The notes under the pieces were generated by a model. The model was not told the origin of the DNA, did no database searches, and worked only from the letters and a program-made list of their open reading frames with translations. DNA of 64,000 nt from a virus (Duplodnaviria; Caudoviricetes), in the IMG/VR virus record IMGVR_UViG_3300009031_000221, positions 416,001-480,000 of that record, one strand, 5' to 3'. Of the stretch, positions 1-8,886 are shown one piece after another (position 1 is the stretch's first letter; every line of letters starts with the position of its first letter). Made by a program: the position numbers and the translations under genes.

Positions 1-19
1 ATGTAAAATAGCAACCACA

Positions 20-763
20 TTACATATGCATCCACTGCAGGATGAGGTGTGCTAGCTTGAAGTAATCCCCTTCCCCATCAAGATCGATGTCGGCATACCC
101 CTTCCTGATAAGGGTGCCACAACGAAGGGGGTAATTCTCCAGGGTGTTGCAGAACACAGCATCCGCCCCGGAACGATCCATCAGGTGTTCCGCAGCGGCT
201 ACCAGTTGCTCCTCAGTAGCATTGGACAGAAACTTGAACCCTAGGAGGGATGCGGTAGGGCAAACCTTCTTGACAACATCGATGACCTTGGGCGTCGGGA
301 ACAACTTGATGGTCAACGAATTGTCAATGTCGGGGCCGACATAATTCGGGTCATCTGGCATATCAGGAAGTCCCGGACAGAATTCATAAGTAGAGTGGAT
401 CTTCCCATCTACCTTGACAGGTGCGAAGTCCGCCACGGCTGCAGCACAAATGACCACATCAGGATGCCTGTTCCGGCACTCCCGTTCCAATGCTTTGGCC
501 ATTTCATTGGCAGACACGACGGGAATCATCGTCACGCTTCCGCTGATCCATTCCTGAGCGCAAGTAGAACGCGGGATTTGCCTGAGATACTTATCTTCCA
601 TGGGAGCATGGATGAACACGACATGGTTGTCCTTGCACAGGGCATTGGCCATTGCGGCAGGCAAGGCCCCCGTGGCATGGTTCGCAATGAACCGCACATT
701 GTCGATGTACTCTCGAGTCCCGCCGGCGGTGATGATGTAGGTCTTGGGTTCGGATTTACTCAT
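20..763 (-). CDS. coaB: Phosphopantothenoylcysteine synthetase (CoaB-like), stand-alone
   Basis: ITAGGTREYIDNVRFIANHATG, AAAVADFAP and LLGFK motifs; start set at ATG 763 (ATGA overlap with upstream stop). Confidence 0.8.
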   Translation of the reverse strand: MSKSEPKTYIITAGGTREYIDNVRFIANHATGALPAAMANALCKDNHVVFIHAPMEDKYLRQIPRSTCAQEWISGSVTMIPVVSANEMAKALERECRNRHPDVVICAAAVADFAPVKVDGKIHSTYEFCPGLPDMPDDPNYVGPDIDNSLTIKLFPTPKVIDVVKKVCPTASLLGFKFLSNATEEQLVAAAEHLMDRSGADAVFCNTLENYPLRCGTLIRKGYADIDLDGEGDYFKLAHLILQWMHM

Positions 764-1464
764 GGCGTGTTGGCCTCCGCAGCGGCAAATGCTGCATCTA
801 CGAGTTCTTGAAGCTTGGTACGTTGTAGGGCTTCCATAGGAGAACGAAGTTCCTCCCGTTTCCCCGTGTCCAAGACAGAATTGAAATAGGATTGTGCGGC
901 TTCTATGGAGGATTGGCGAATCAGCCATGCGGCATCGGAGGAATTTGTAGCCACTTTATATGCCGTATACGCCGCAACATCATGACTTATCACGTAGTAC
1001 GCCGAATAATAGGCACGGGATGAACCGAAATGCGAATCCAGGGTTGAAATATTCCGTGCAACGCGAAATGCTTCCTCCCGGATGGATTCGTCCCCCGTTT
1101 CCAAATATTGCCTGACGATGGTAGGGCATTGCCACAGATCAACAACCTGAAGGGCGCACCATCGAGCGAATTCACTCAACAAGGCATTGGCATCAATGCG
1201 ATTCAAATGCGTCCGTTGGCTTGCAACGTGCTTATCAGGTACGAATCCTTCGGGATGCGCTACGATAAACCCGTCCAGTTCCACAAGATCCAATGAGAAT
1301 CCTCCGCACATGTATTGGAGGGCGTCAAAAGGATGAACCGAAGCGTGGAGCCCATTGATGCATGGACGGATTTCCCCCTCTTGGATGTAGGGTTCGGGAC
1401 GAACATCGTATACGTTCGTTCCCCACTGGGGTTTGCCGTTGCTGCTGAACCAATAGGCTCTCAT
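760..1464 (-). CDS. DUF7666-like phage protein, paralog 1
   Basis: GEIRPCINGLHAS..P.DAL and FARWCAL pattern; clear paralog of 1461..2072. Confidence 0.6.
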   Translation of the reverse strand: MRAYWFSSNGKPQWGTNVYDVRPEPYIQEGEIRPCINGLHASVHPFDALQYMCGGFSLDLVELDGFIVAHPEGFVPDKHVASQRTHLNRIDANALLSEFARWCALQVVDLWQCPTIVRQYLETGDESIREEAFRVARNISTLDSHFGSSRAYYSAYYVISHDVAAYTAYKVATNSSDAAWLIRQSSIEAAQSYFNSVLDTGKREELRSPMEALQRTKLQELVDAAFAAAEANTP

Positions 1465-2072
1465 GGAGTTCCCTGGGCAAATGCTGCATCTACGAGTTCT
1501 TTGAACTTGGCACGTTGCATATTTCTAATCTCATTATTGGTCGATTTGGCAGCAGTGCGTGCCCCATAGTAGGCAGCATTATGAGGGTTGTATGCCGCAA
1601 CCTGATAGGCAGCCCCAGATGCATAATATGCATATGCATGGGAACGGCTATTTAGGAGGCCATTGGCGGCATATGCCGCATCTCTTGCTTCGTCCCGAAG
1701 AGATTCGTCACCTGTTTCCAGGTATTTCCTGACGACATCTGGGCATTCCCAAAAGTGAACTACGCTCAAAGCACACCATCGAGCGTACTCCATCAATAGA
1801 TTGGATGCGTCGATCCGTTTGATGTGTGTACGTTCAGAAGCGGCGTGCTTGTCCCCATTGCTACCGACGATGGTTCCGCCTAGTTCTACTAGGTCTAGTG
1901 TAGTATTATCGTGGATGGAATAGAACAAAGCGTCAGAAGGATGTTCCGAAGCATGCAATCCGTTATCGCAAGGGTGGATTTCCCCTTCAACATTGTAGGT
2001 TTGTCCTACTAGGAAAGGTACGAAATCACCATGCTGTGCAACACCATGGCTACTGAACCAATAGGCCTTCAT
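1461..2072 (-). CDS. DUF7666-like phage protein, paralog 2
   Basis: MKAYWFSS start matches paralog start MRAYWFSS; GEIHPCDNGLHAS; start trimmed from 2309 to 2072. Confidence 0.6.
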   Translation of the reverse strand: MKAYWFSSHGVAQHGDFVPFLVGQTYNVEGEIHPCDNGLHASEHPSDALFYSIHDNTTLDLVELGGTIVGSNGDKHAASERTHIKRIDASNLLMEYARWCALSVVHFWECPDVVRKYLETGDESLRDEARDAAYAANGLLNSRSHAYAYYASGAAYQVAAYNPHNAAYYGARTAAKSTNNEIRNMQRAKFKELVDAAFAQGTP

Positions 2073-2076
2073 CGGA

Positions 2077-2616
2077 CTACCCCTTCTTGATGCCCGCCTT
2101 CTTGGCCTTGTCACGTGCCGTCTTGCCCGGAGCACGGACGAACTGCTTGGCCTTGTTCCCGCCCCCATCACGGCGGCTATCACGCTCGAACTGCTGCTCC
2201 GAACGCTGTGCAAAGTTCCACTGCATGTCCAAGACCGCGAACTCCTGTGCCTGACGGAGGAGTTCAGGAAGGATAGCCAAGTAGTCCACTTCCAACTCGA
2301 ACGTGGCAATGTTCCGCTGCGTACGGAACTGCAGGTTGGTGTTCACGAATCCATCATCCCGCACACGCCCAACCTGGAAGCTGAACAAGGGGTTGATGCC
2401 CACGGACTTGCTGACGATGACTGCAACGCCACTCTTGGGGTCGCTGAACGTCTTTGCCACGTTCCACTGAACCTTCGCCCGCTCCGGGCGATTGTCCCGA
2501 CGGTCATTCCGGGGAGGACGACCATTCATGGTCGAAGTCGCCAACATGCCGTGCGGCAGTTCAGGGAGCGTGGCAACCAAATCATTGAACTGCTTCTGTG
2601 CAACGGGCTTATCCAT
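2077..2616 (-). CDS. hypothetical protein, basic C-terminus
   Basis: ORF with strong codon bias directly downstream of motif at 2651. Confidence 0.75.
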   Translation of the reverse strand: MDKPVAQKQFNDLVATLPELPHGMLATSTMNGRPPRNDRRDNRPERAKVQWNVAKTFSDPKSGVAVIVSKSVGINPLFSFQVGRVRDDGFVNTNLQFRTQRNIATFELEVDYLAILPELLRQAQEFAVLDMQWNFAQRSEQQFERDSRRDGGGNKAKQFVRAPGKTARDKAKKAGIKKG

Positions 2617-2650
2617 GTTCGTATTCCTCTGTGTAGTGTTTCCTAGTAGC

Positions 2651-2677
2651 TTCTACGCATTCTAGTAAGGAAGTAAG
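2651..2677 (-). promoter_or_regulatory. conserved promoter-like element
   Basis: CTTACTT-N12-GCGTAGAA. Confidence 0.75.
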
Positions 2678-2961
2678 CCTAGCTGACGGCATTTCACGAT
2701 TCGCAAGGCTTCCGTGAATTCTAGGGCAGCCCATGGGGCCTTATCCACTCGCACAAAGGCTTCTTCAAGAAGAGACTCGTAGGCATCGGGTTCTACCGTG
2801 CCATCCATCAGAATATCCGCGATCTCCGTCGCTTTCCGGCGAAGATGTTCTTCTACATGGATATGCCATTCTGCATGTACCTTTGCATACACGCCATTGG
2901 GGGAATCCTCCCCGCATATGTCACAGTGCAATGGATACGGAAATAATGTCATCTGTGTCAT
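2662..2961 (-). CDS. hypothetical protein
   Basis: Tiles with neighbours; 3' end overlaps the element at 2651. Confidence 0.6.
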   Translation of the reverse strand: MTQMTLFPYPLHCDICGEDSPNGVYAKVHAEWHIHVEEHLRRKATEIADILMDGTVEPDAYESLLEEAFVRVDKAPWAALEFTEALRIVKCRQLGLLPY

Positions 2962-2963
2962 GG

Positions 2964-3461
2964 CTATCCCTGAGTGCGAGGCTTCTTGGTCGGGTGCCCT
3001 TCACAGGCAACTGCTGGCGTAGGCATGGCGAAATGCACACGCTCCAATTCCCCCGTCTCCGGATTCATACCGTGCATGCGAACACTGGCGCCAAAGGGAT
3101 TGGAAAGTTCTACCAGGATCCCTTCCCCACCGTTCTTCTTCATGTGTGCATGTCCACAAGTGAAGTACGCCCTATTCGGACAGTCCCCGCACAACAGCAT
3201 GAATTGCCCAGGTTCGCCCATTCCCCATGGAACCTGCTGATAGCAGCGGGGATGATCGTCAATCTTCTTTTGGCAAGGCGAATCGTCATTGTCGCCACGG
3301 CAAACGATGAACACATTGCCGGGTTCCGGCTTGTCTTGTTCATCGCATTCCTGCCACATGCGGAAGGTGCAAATGTCATTCGAGGTATGCCCACACAACT
3401 GGCACTTATTCCAGGGATGCGGGGCATACTTGATTTCATCGGTCAGACGGGGGACTGCCAT
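2964..3461 (-). CDS. Cys-rich hypothetical protein
   Basis: Multiple CxxC motifs; tiles with neighbours. Confidence 0.65.
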   Translation of the reverse strand: MAVPRLTDEIKYAPHPWNKCQLCGHTSNDICTFRMWQECDEQDKPEPGNVFIVCRGDNDDSPCQKKIDDHPRCYQQVPWGMGEPGQFMLLCGDCPNRAYFTCGHAHMKKNGGEGILVELSNPFGASVRMHGMNPETGELERVHFAMPTPAVACEGHPTKKPRTQG

Positions 3462-3464
3462 TGG

Positions 3465-3824
3465 TTATTCCTTGCCCTTCTTGGGCTTCTTGGGCTTCTC
3501 GGTCGTGTACGTAACCGTGGTGATAGGGTACACCCGTTCACAAACCACTTCGTCACCCTTGGTGTACTCGAAGGGTTTGCAGTCTTCGCCGACCTGCGAC
3601 ATGTAGTAACTGTTCATCTTGTGAAAGATGGCTTGGTAGAAGTGGCCTTCGAATGCGATGTCCTGAAATACCGCCCGGTACTGATCGTGCAGTTCCGAAT
3701 CCGGCATGCCTCGGGCATATCCAAACTTCTCCGCAAACACGACGCAAGTGGTTTCTTCCCCGTCGAGGAAGTCCTTCAACTGCTCCGTGAGGAATTCCTT
3801 GTCAAATGCTTTGGTATCTGCCAT
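3465..3824 (-). CDS. hypothetical protein
   Basis: Downstream of motif at 3850; GGAGGA RBS. Confidence 0.7.
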   Translation of the reverse strand: MADTKAFDKEFLTEQLKDFLDGEETTCVVFAEKFGYARGMPDSELHDQYRAVFQDIAFEGHFYQAIFHKMNSYYMSQVGEDCKPFEYTKGDEVVCERVYPITTVTYTTEKPKKPKKGKE

Positions 3825-3849
3825 GTCCGTATCCTCCTGCTTGGGATGA

Positions 3850-3876
3850 GTCTACGCACTAGGGGACAGAAGTAAG
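3850..3876 (-). promoter_or_regulatory. conserved promoter-like element
   Basis: CTTACTT-N12-GCGTAGAC. Confidence 0.8.
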
Positions 3877-3886
3877 CCTAACAAGC

Positions 3887-4171
3887 CTAACGGGTCAACG
3901 CTTCGTAGAATCCCGGCAGATCTTCCTTCGGGGTCTCGAACTGCTTCAAGTGTTCCTTGACAGCATCCTCAATCTTGTCCTCTTGGAACCCATCAATGCA
4001 CCTATGGCCACATGACGTGCACTGGCGTACGTCTACCATCGCCGTCAGTATCGCATGACGCGGATGCCCATCAGGTGCATACTCAAACTTATGAGGCTGC
4101 GGCCCGTCCATCCAGGTCATGGATCCATCACAATCAGGGCACCGAAAATCTATTAGCATTTCTTCCTCCAA
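3887..4171 (-). CDS. YgiT/MqsA-type zinc-finger protein
   Basis: CPDC...VRQCTSCG spacing; no HTH. Confidence 0.45.
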   Translation of the reverse strand: MEEEMLIDFRCPDCDGSMTWMDGPQPHKFEYAPDGHPRHAILTAMVDVRQCTSCGHRCIDGFQEDKIEDAVKEHLKQFETPKEDLPGFYEALTR

Positions 4172-4491
4172 TTATCGTACATGACTTGTATTTCCCGTGC
4201 ATTGTCCAGATTCTGTGTCTCAGGATGCTCCCAGTCAATATCGATGGCATCGAACAGATTGAGCGCCTCTATCATATACTTCCGTTTGCCCTTGACCAGA
4301 AACTTCCCCGATACCACATGAACAACCTGCCATGTGTCCGGTTCCAATGGATCCTCTACAACCGCTAGCCATCCCTTCTGCTGTGCCTGCTTGACCGTCA
4401 TAGCAGGGCCGGGAATATTAAATGCATCCTCCGGGAATTGGTAGGTTTGATCATCTACCTCAAACCCTTCAAGAAAGTCTAGGAAGTCCAT
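4153..4491 (-). CDS. hypothetical protein
   Basis: Gene tiling. Confidence 0.65.
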   Translation of the reverse strand: MDFLDFLEGFEVDDQTYQFPEDAFNIPGPAMTVKQAQQKGWLAVVEDPLEPDTWQVVHVVSGKFLVKGKRKYMIEALNLFDAIDIDWEHPETQNLDNAREIQVMYDNWRKKC

Positions 4492-4498
4492 ATGCCCC

Positions 4499-4681
4499 CT
4501 AACCGTTCGTAAATGGAACCCCGAGGGCCTTCGACACTAGATACGCGAACCCGAAAAACAGTAGGGTGCCGATGCATGATGGAAGCAACACACATAATAG
4601 GAATAGCCCTATTTCGCCAATGGCATAGCATGTGGCACACAGGTACATCCATTGTGTGTGAATCTTGTTCCTAAGATTCAT
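4499..4681 (-). CDS. small membrane protein
   Basis: Hydrophobic stretch; tiling. Confidence 0.55.
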   Translation of the reverse strand: MNLRNKIHTQWMYLCATCYAIGEIGLFLLCVLLPSCIGTLLFFGFAYLVSKALGVPFTNG

Positions 4682-4931
4682 CCTTATGTGCCCCCATCCA
4701 GAAGTCCTGATAGCTCTTCATCATGTCCGTAACACCCTGGAACTCATCTGGAGCCTGCTCATGGCTGCATTCAGGGCAAGTAAAGTATGCCGTCTTCCAA
4801 GATCCATGCTTGGAGGTAGCCTTCTTGGTGTAGCAGTCCTCTACGTCAACCAGCAACAGAGCGGTGCAATTGCTACACCGGATTTGGCACGGGATGACTT
4901 TTGTGGATTTCCCTGGTTCAAGCACCTTCAT
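4671..4931 (-). CDS. zinc-ribbon protein
   Basis: CSNC...CPEC. Confidence 0.6.
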   Translation of the reverse strand: MKVLEPGKSTKVIPCQIRCSNCTALLLVDVEDCYTKKATSKHGSWKTAYFTCPECSHEQAPDEFQGVTDMMKSYQDFWMGAHKDES

Positions 4932-5382
4932 TGCTGCTTTCTCCCCGTGCCGCCTTCAAGTCCGCTACCAGTCGACGCAACATGTCAATGGTGGTGTACG
5001 CACATTCAGAATCCCCACCGGGCATGAACCCATCGAATTGCTCCTGTGTGTACTTCTCCAAGTAGCACGTATGGAAAAGGATGTATTCCAAGTCGGTTTC
5101 GGTCAAGGGCCCTGCCTTAGCGGGGTCGTTGAACACCGTGAGGGGGCGGTCATAGCTAGTAACGTCATAGGTCAGGAATACCGTCACCCAATGGCAAGGA
5201 ATCCCATTCTCCCGGATAAATTCACGCATTCCGGTCTTGGACGGGTCGTCGCGGCACAATTCTTCATCCTCAAACAATTCGGCGCCCTCAAGCGGTCCCC
5301 AGGCCTTAGGATCTGTAACACAGTCACACCTATGGTAGTACTGCTTTGCTTCATTCTGGAGCGCATACATCGCGATTTGCAT
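4918..5382 (-). CDS. hypothetical protein
   Basis: Gene tiling. Confidence 0.6.
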   Translation of the reverse strand: MQIAMYALQNEAKQYYHRCDCVTDPKAWGPLEGAELFEDEELCRDDPSKTGMREFIRENGIPCHWVTVFLTYDVTSYDRPLTVFNDPAKAGPLTETDLEYILFHTCYLEKYTQEQFDGFMPGGDSECAYTTIDMLRRLVADLKAARGESSNEGA

Positions 5383-5385
5383 CGG

Positions 5386-5643
5386 TTACTTCTTTAGGGC
5401 CTTGGCCTCATCGTAAAGGAATTCTGTGATGCGGCTATCCGCTTTTGCCATTGCACCGTCCCACCCTTCACCGTAGATGTAGTGGAGGATGCCAGTATTG
5501 TAATCGTAGAGCGTCCACATGGTGGGGATTTGCTGTGGGGATGTTTGAAACAACACGAACCGGGGAGGATCCTCAGGAAGGTATGCCCGAACAGGGACTT
5601 TCTTCCTTCCCTGCTGTGCATCTTGAATTTCGCTCCAGGCCAT
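5386..5643 (-). CDS. hypothetical protein
   Basis: Gene tiling; start trimmed to ATG 5643. Confidence 0.55.
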   Translation of the reverse strand: MAWSEIQDAQQGRKKVPVRAYLPEDPPRFVLFQTSPQQIPTMWTLYDYNTGILHYIYGEGWDGAMAKADSRITEFLYDEAKALKK

Positions 5644-5654
5644 TGCCGAGTCCC

Positions 5655-6458
5655 CTAATTCACCAGCGCCCAAGCGTCATCACGGTCGATGATCAGCGTG
5701 GTGCTGGACTTGTTGTCCCGAACCGCCTTGAGCTTGCCGGAGTTGGCCTTCTTGTCTTCCGCCACAAGGTAGGTCAGCGTCTTGCCCGCCGAATCCTTGA
5801 CCGTGCCGCCCTGCTTCTCAATGGCGTCCTTCAAGGAAGAGTCACGGAAACCCGTGAAACAGAAGGACATTCCCAGGAGTTTGCCGCTAGCCTGCTGGAT
5901 GGTGATGCCGGCTTCGCCAATCAGTTTGCCGATGAGCCCCGCCTTCTCCTGGAAGCCCATGACAAAGGCCTCCGCCGTCGTCTGGCTGAAGCCAGGGATT
6001 GCGGCGATTTCGGAGATACGGGCCTTCATCATCTTCGAGAGGGTGTTGAACCCGGCATCCGCAATCGACTGGGCCATCGAACGGCCAATCATCGGGATGC
6101 CAAGCGAACCCACGAAGGTGCTAAGGGAAAGGATTTTCTTTGCGTTCAGGTTGGTAACCGCCTTGTCACCGGAACCGCCAACGCGACGGCCACCGATTTC
6201 CAGGTCGGCAACCGCAACCGGGTCAAGCAGGTAGAGGTCAGCGATGTCCGTCACGAAACCCGCCTCAATGAGCGCCTCGATCAGGGTATCGCCAACGTGC
6301 AGGACGCCAATCTTCTTGACCCAGCGCTTGATGGAGCCGGAGGCCTGTGCCTCGCAGTCATCGTTGCGGCAAACCAAGTATTCGCCGTCCCGCGTCAAGT
6401 TGCCCTTGCAGGAGGGGCATTGCGTCGGAATCGTGAAGTATGCACGCGTGGTTGTCAT
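5655..6458 (-). CDS. ligA: NAD+-dependent DNA ligase, C-terminal part (Zn finger, HhH, BRCT)
   Basis: CPSC..C...C zinc finger, GSLGIPMIG HhH, LLGMSFCFTG BRCT; own promoter element and RBS. Confidence 0.92.
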   Translation of the reverse strand: MTTTRAYFTIPTQCPSCKGNLTRDGEYLVCRNDDCEAQASGSIKRWVKKIGVLHVGDTLIEALIEAGFVTDIADLYLLDPVAVADLEIGGRRVGGSGDKAVTNLNAKKILSLSTFVGSLGIPMIGRSMAQSIADAGFNTLSKMMKARISEIAAIPGFSQTTAEAFVMGFQEKAGLIGKLIGEAGITIQQASGKLLGMSFCFTGFRDSSLKDAIEKQGGTVKDSAGKTLTYLVAEDKKANSGKLKAVRDNKSSTTLIIDRDDAWALVN

Positions 6459-6498
6459 CGTATGAGTCCTTGAGGAGATCGTCTGTCCCCTGTGATGT

Positions 6499-6525
6499 AT
6501 CTACGCGGAACGGAGGAAAAGTAAG
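6499..6525 (-). promoter_or_regulatory. conserved promoter-like element (drives ligase C-half)
   Basis: CTTACTT-N12-GCGTAGAT; hairpin AGGGGA-CAGACGA-TCTCCT at 6473..6491. Confidence 0.85.
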
Positions 6526-6575
6526 CCCGTCAAGGTTGAACAATTTCGTGCTCAACATAGTACTCGAATGATACG

Positions 6576-6941
6576 CTAGTTGATCTCCGGAGAAATGGTG
6601 AGATTTTGACGCTGGTCAAAGGCTACAATGACGGTTTGGTCATCATTAATGATGTGACCATAGGCGGTCAAATCATCTAATAGCATATCCTGACATTTCG
6701 CGAATCCTTCCAACGTTTTTTCAGTGACGGATCCTGTCCACTTCACCTCGCGGAATGATTGACACACGTAGCATTCAATGTCATCGGGGTCTCCTCCCAT
6801 GGGGGCATCTGTGAAAGTTACTAGCCGACTCCCCTTAGGCAGTGGATCCGGTATTGCCTCCAATTCAGGTACGGGATCAACATCTACACGACCTCGCAAA
6901 GGGGTATACCGATGCTGATAACATATTCTCAAATATGCCAT
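6576..6941 (-). CDS. hypothetical protein (in ligase insertion)
   Basis: Start 2 nt after the TnsA-like stop. Confidence 0.55.
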   Translation of the reverse strand: MAYLRICYQHRYTPLRGRVDVDPVPELEAIPDPLPKGSRLVTFTDAPMGGDPDDIECYVCQSFREVKWTGSVTEKTLEGFAKCQDMLLDDLTAYGHIINDDQTVIVAFDQRQNLTISPEIN

Positions 6942-6943
6942 GG

Positions 6944-7765
6944 TTAATTCTCCAATGCGGATAATGCTAACATTGTCCACGCTTTGTGTTCCATACGCTC
7001 GATCCTATCAAGGGATAGGACACCACTATTCATGTTGTGCGTTGCGGCATACTGATGCAACGCCTCAATCTTCACTTTAGTCTTGGGATCATTTAGGAAT
7101 TCCTTGGGTTTGATTTCCCAAAGCTCCTGAATCCCACCCTCAAGTGTCACCAATAGATCAGGGATGTATTGGTGCTGCTGTCCCTCAAATGTGTACGGGA
7201 TCGCAAAGGGTTCGACTTCTACTTCTTCTACTTCATCGTATTGATCCAGAACCCAAAGCACCCGCCGTTCCCAGGATGATCGAACGTAGACCATCTGATC
7301 GGCTTTCACTGATAAAACCCACCCGGCATGGAACTTTTGATTTCGCACCCAATCTGGATGAGCCCGGATGTAATCCATAGTTCGTTGAGAGCATGCTGCC
7401 CGAAAATCTGGATTGTTCCGATGAACATTGTACTGGGCGATGGTTTCGGGGGTATGCCTCATACCTCGGCGTTTCGTAGCGGCTATTTCTGAAGAATTAG
7501 CGGATCTCAAGCTATCCATGCCAAAGGCCTTCTTGAAGGACTCCGCATCAGGGTAGCCATGCTTCTTGTAATGATGCGCTGAAATGCAATTAAGTTTCAC
7601 CTGACATACCGGGCATGTCAATGCATCCGATGCTAATGTAACACACCGATTCTTACGTCCTCGTATTAGGGGCTGGAGGGCTTGACATGCAGAGCACCAC
7701 TTAGGGTGGCTAAATTTGGTTCGCTTGGTTATATCCGCCCCGCAAGGGCATTTCAATTCATCCAT
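6944..7765 (-). CDS. TnsA-like PD-(D/E)XK endonuclease with N-terminal Zn/NUMOD3-like DNA-binding parts (putative homing endonuclease)
   Basis: YVRSSWERR, EPFAIPY, YIPDLLV, WEIKPK; RHTPETIA NUMOD3-like. Confidence 0.75.
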   Translation of the reverse strand: MDELKCPCGADITKRTKFSHPKWCSACQALQPLIRGRKNRCVTLASDALTCPVCQVKLNCISAHHYKKHGYPDAESFKKAFGMDSLRSANSSEIAATKRRGMRHTPETIAQYNVHRNNPDFRAACSQRTMDYIRAHPDWVRNQKFHAGWVLSVKADQMVYVRSSWERRVLWVLDQYDEVEEVEVEPFAIPYTFEGQQHQYIPDLLVTLEGGIQELWEIKPKEFLNDPKTKVKIEALHQYAATHNMNSGVLSLDRIERMEHKAWTMLALSALEN

Positions 7766-7766
7766 G

Positions 7767-8774
7767 TTAGTAGTCCCGATCGGACTTCCCGAATAACGTT
7801 ACCTCCAAAGGGGTCATTACATCCGAATCCTTGCGGCGACGCCCCGCATTGATTGCCCCCTGAATAGACTTGATGATGCCGATATGCCCAACTTTCAAAG
7901 TATTATTCTGCCCCAAGGCGGCACTGATCGTATCCGAATGCTGGACAAACAAGGGCACGAGCCTATCGGCAGCCAAGCTGGTATTCAGCTTATCTTGGTT
8001 CTCGTTCCAGATCAGAAATATGATGGGCATGATGTTAATACCCCAAAGCGGCAACTTGGTGGCGCCTTTCGTTGAAAGGGTTCTCGTTGCAATAGGATTC
8101 CACCAATTTAGGAAATTTGCCATCTTCTGGAACTTAGAAGGATCATCGATATACATCATGTCCTCCGTAGCATTCCGAGAAACTACCATCTGTGTGATTC
8201 GTTTCTTGGAAATACAATCATCAAGCCGCACTTGCATGTTTATTACGGAAGTCAGACTGGCAGGCCCAGGCTTCTGAAAGGCATTATTGGTATCCAGCAA
8301 CCCCGCTTTCTTGAATACCGGAGTCCATTTGCACTCCCCTGATCGTTGCCCGATCTTTGCACTAGCCCCTGCCGTTAAGATCGAACCGGCATTCTTGCTA
8401 TTGAGCGCATAGAAGTAACGATGCACCGCATTGCGGCTACTGCAAGCCGTAAGGGTAACTGGAAAGTCATTGATGGTATCATGAATCGTAGCGGTCATAA
8501 CTCGATCAGATTCGGTAACATCATTGGATTCCGACAAGCAGTAAATGCGGTGTTGCCCATCAACAATAATGTATTCGTCTTTGTTCTTCGGGTGCTTGAG
8601 GAGTACCAGATCGCCCTTGATGCGAACGATGTCCCACGATGACCCTAATGCTACAGCCCGTTTCTTTGCGATAGGCCGATTGACGAATCCAAACCCATGT
8701 TCAAGCTTGAACAGGTGGAATTTCGTCCCCAGGGATCCCTTCTCGATAGATATATTGCACTTTGTAGTAGCCAT
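7767..8774 (-). CDS. DGQHR (ParB/Srx-fold) domain protein
   Basis: YIIVDGQHRIY motif; visibly lower GC than the ligase halves. Confidence 0.7.
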   Translation of the reverse strand: MATTKCNISIEKGSLGTKFHLFKLEHGFGFVNRPIAKKRAVALGSSWDIVRIKGDLVLLKHPKNKDEYIIVDGQHRIYCLSESNDVTESDRVMTATIHDTINDFPVTLTACSSRNAVHRYFYALNSKNAGSILTAGASAKIGQRSGECKWTPVFKKAGLLDTNNAFQKPGPASLTSVINMQVRLDDCISKKRITQMVVSRNATEDMMYIDDPSKFQKMANFLNWWNPIATRTLSTKGATKLPLWGINIMPIIFLIWNENQDKLNTSLAADRLVPLFVQHSDTISAALGQNNTLKVGHIGIIKSIQGAINAGRRRKDSDVMTPLEVTLFGKSDRDY

Positions 8775-8886
8775 TGATGATATCCTTGATGTGCGGGTGA
8801 AATTACCCGGTAGATGATCTACCCGGCTAAGGGATCAAATTAACCTACCCTTAGCACTAAATCAAGGAATAAATTTCGAAGGCCCT

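Noticed and set aside
6459-8886. Group I/II intron or intein explanation for the ligase split
   Set aside because: The N-half has a real TAA after a short tail, the C-half has its own promoter, hairpin and RBS, and the insert is filled with ORFs with no recognisable ribozyme or Hint motifs. Disfavoured but not excluded without RT-PCR
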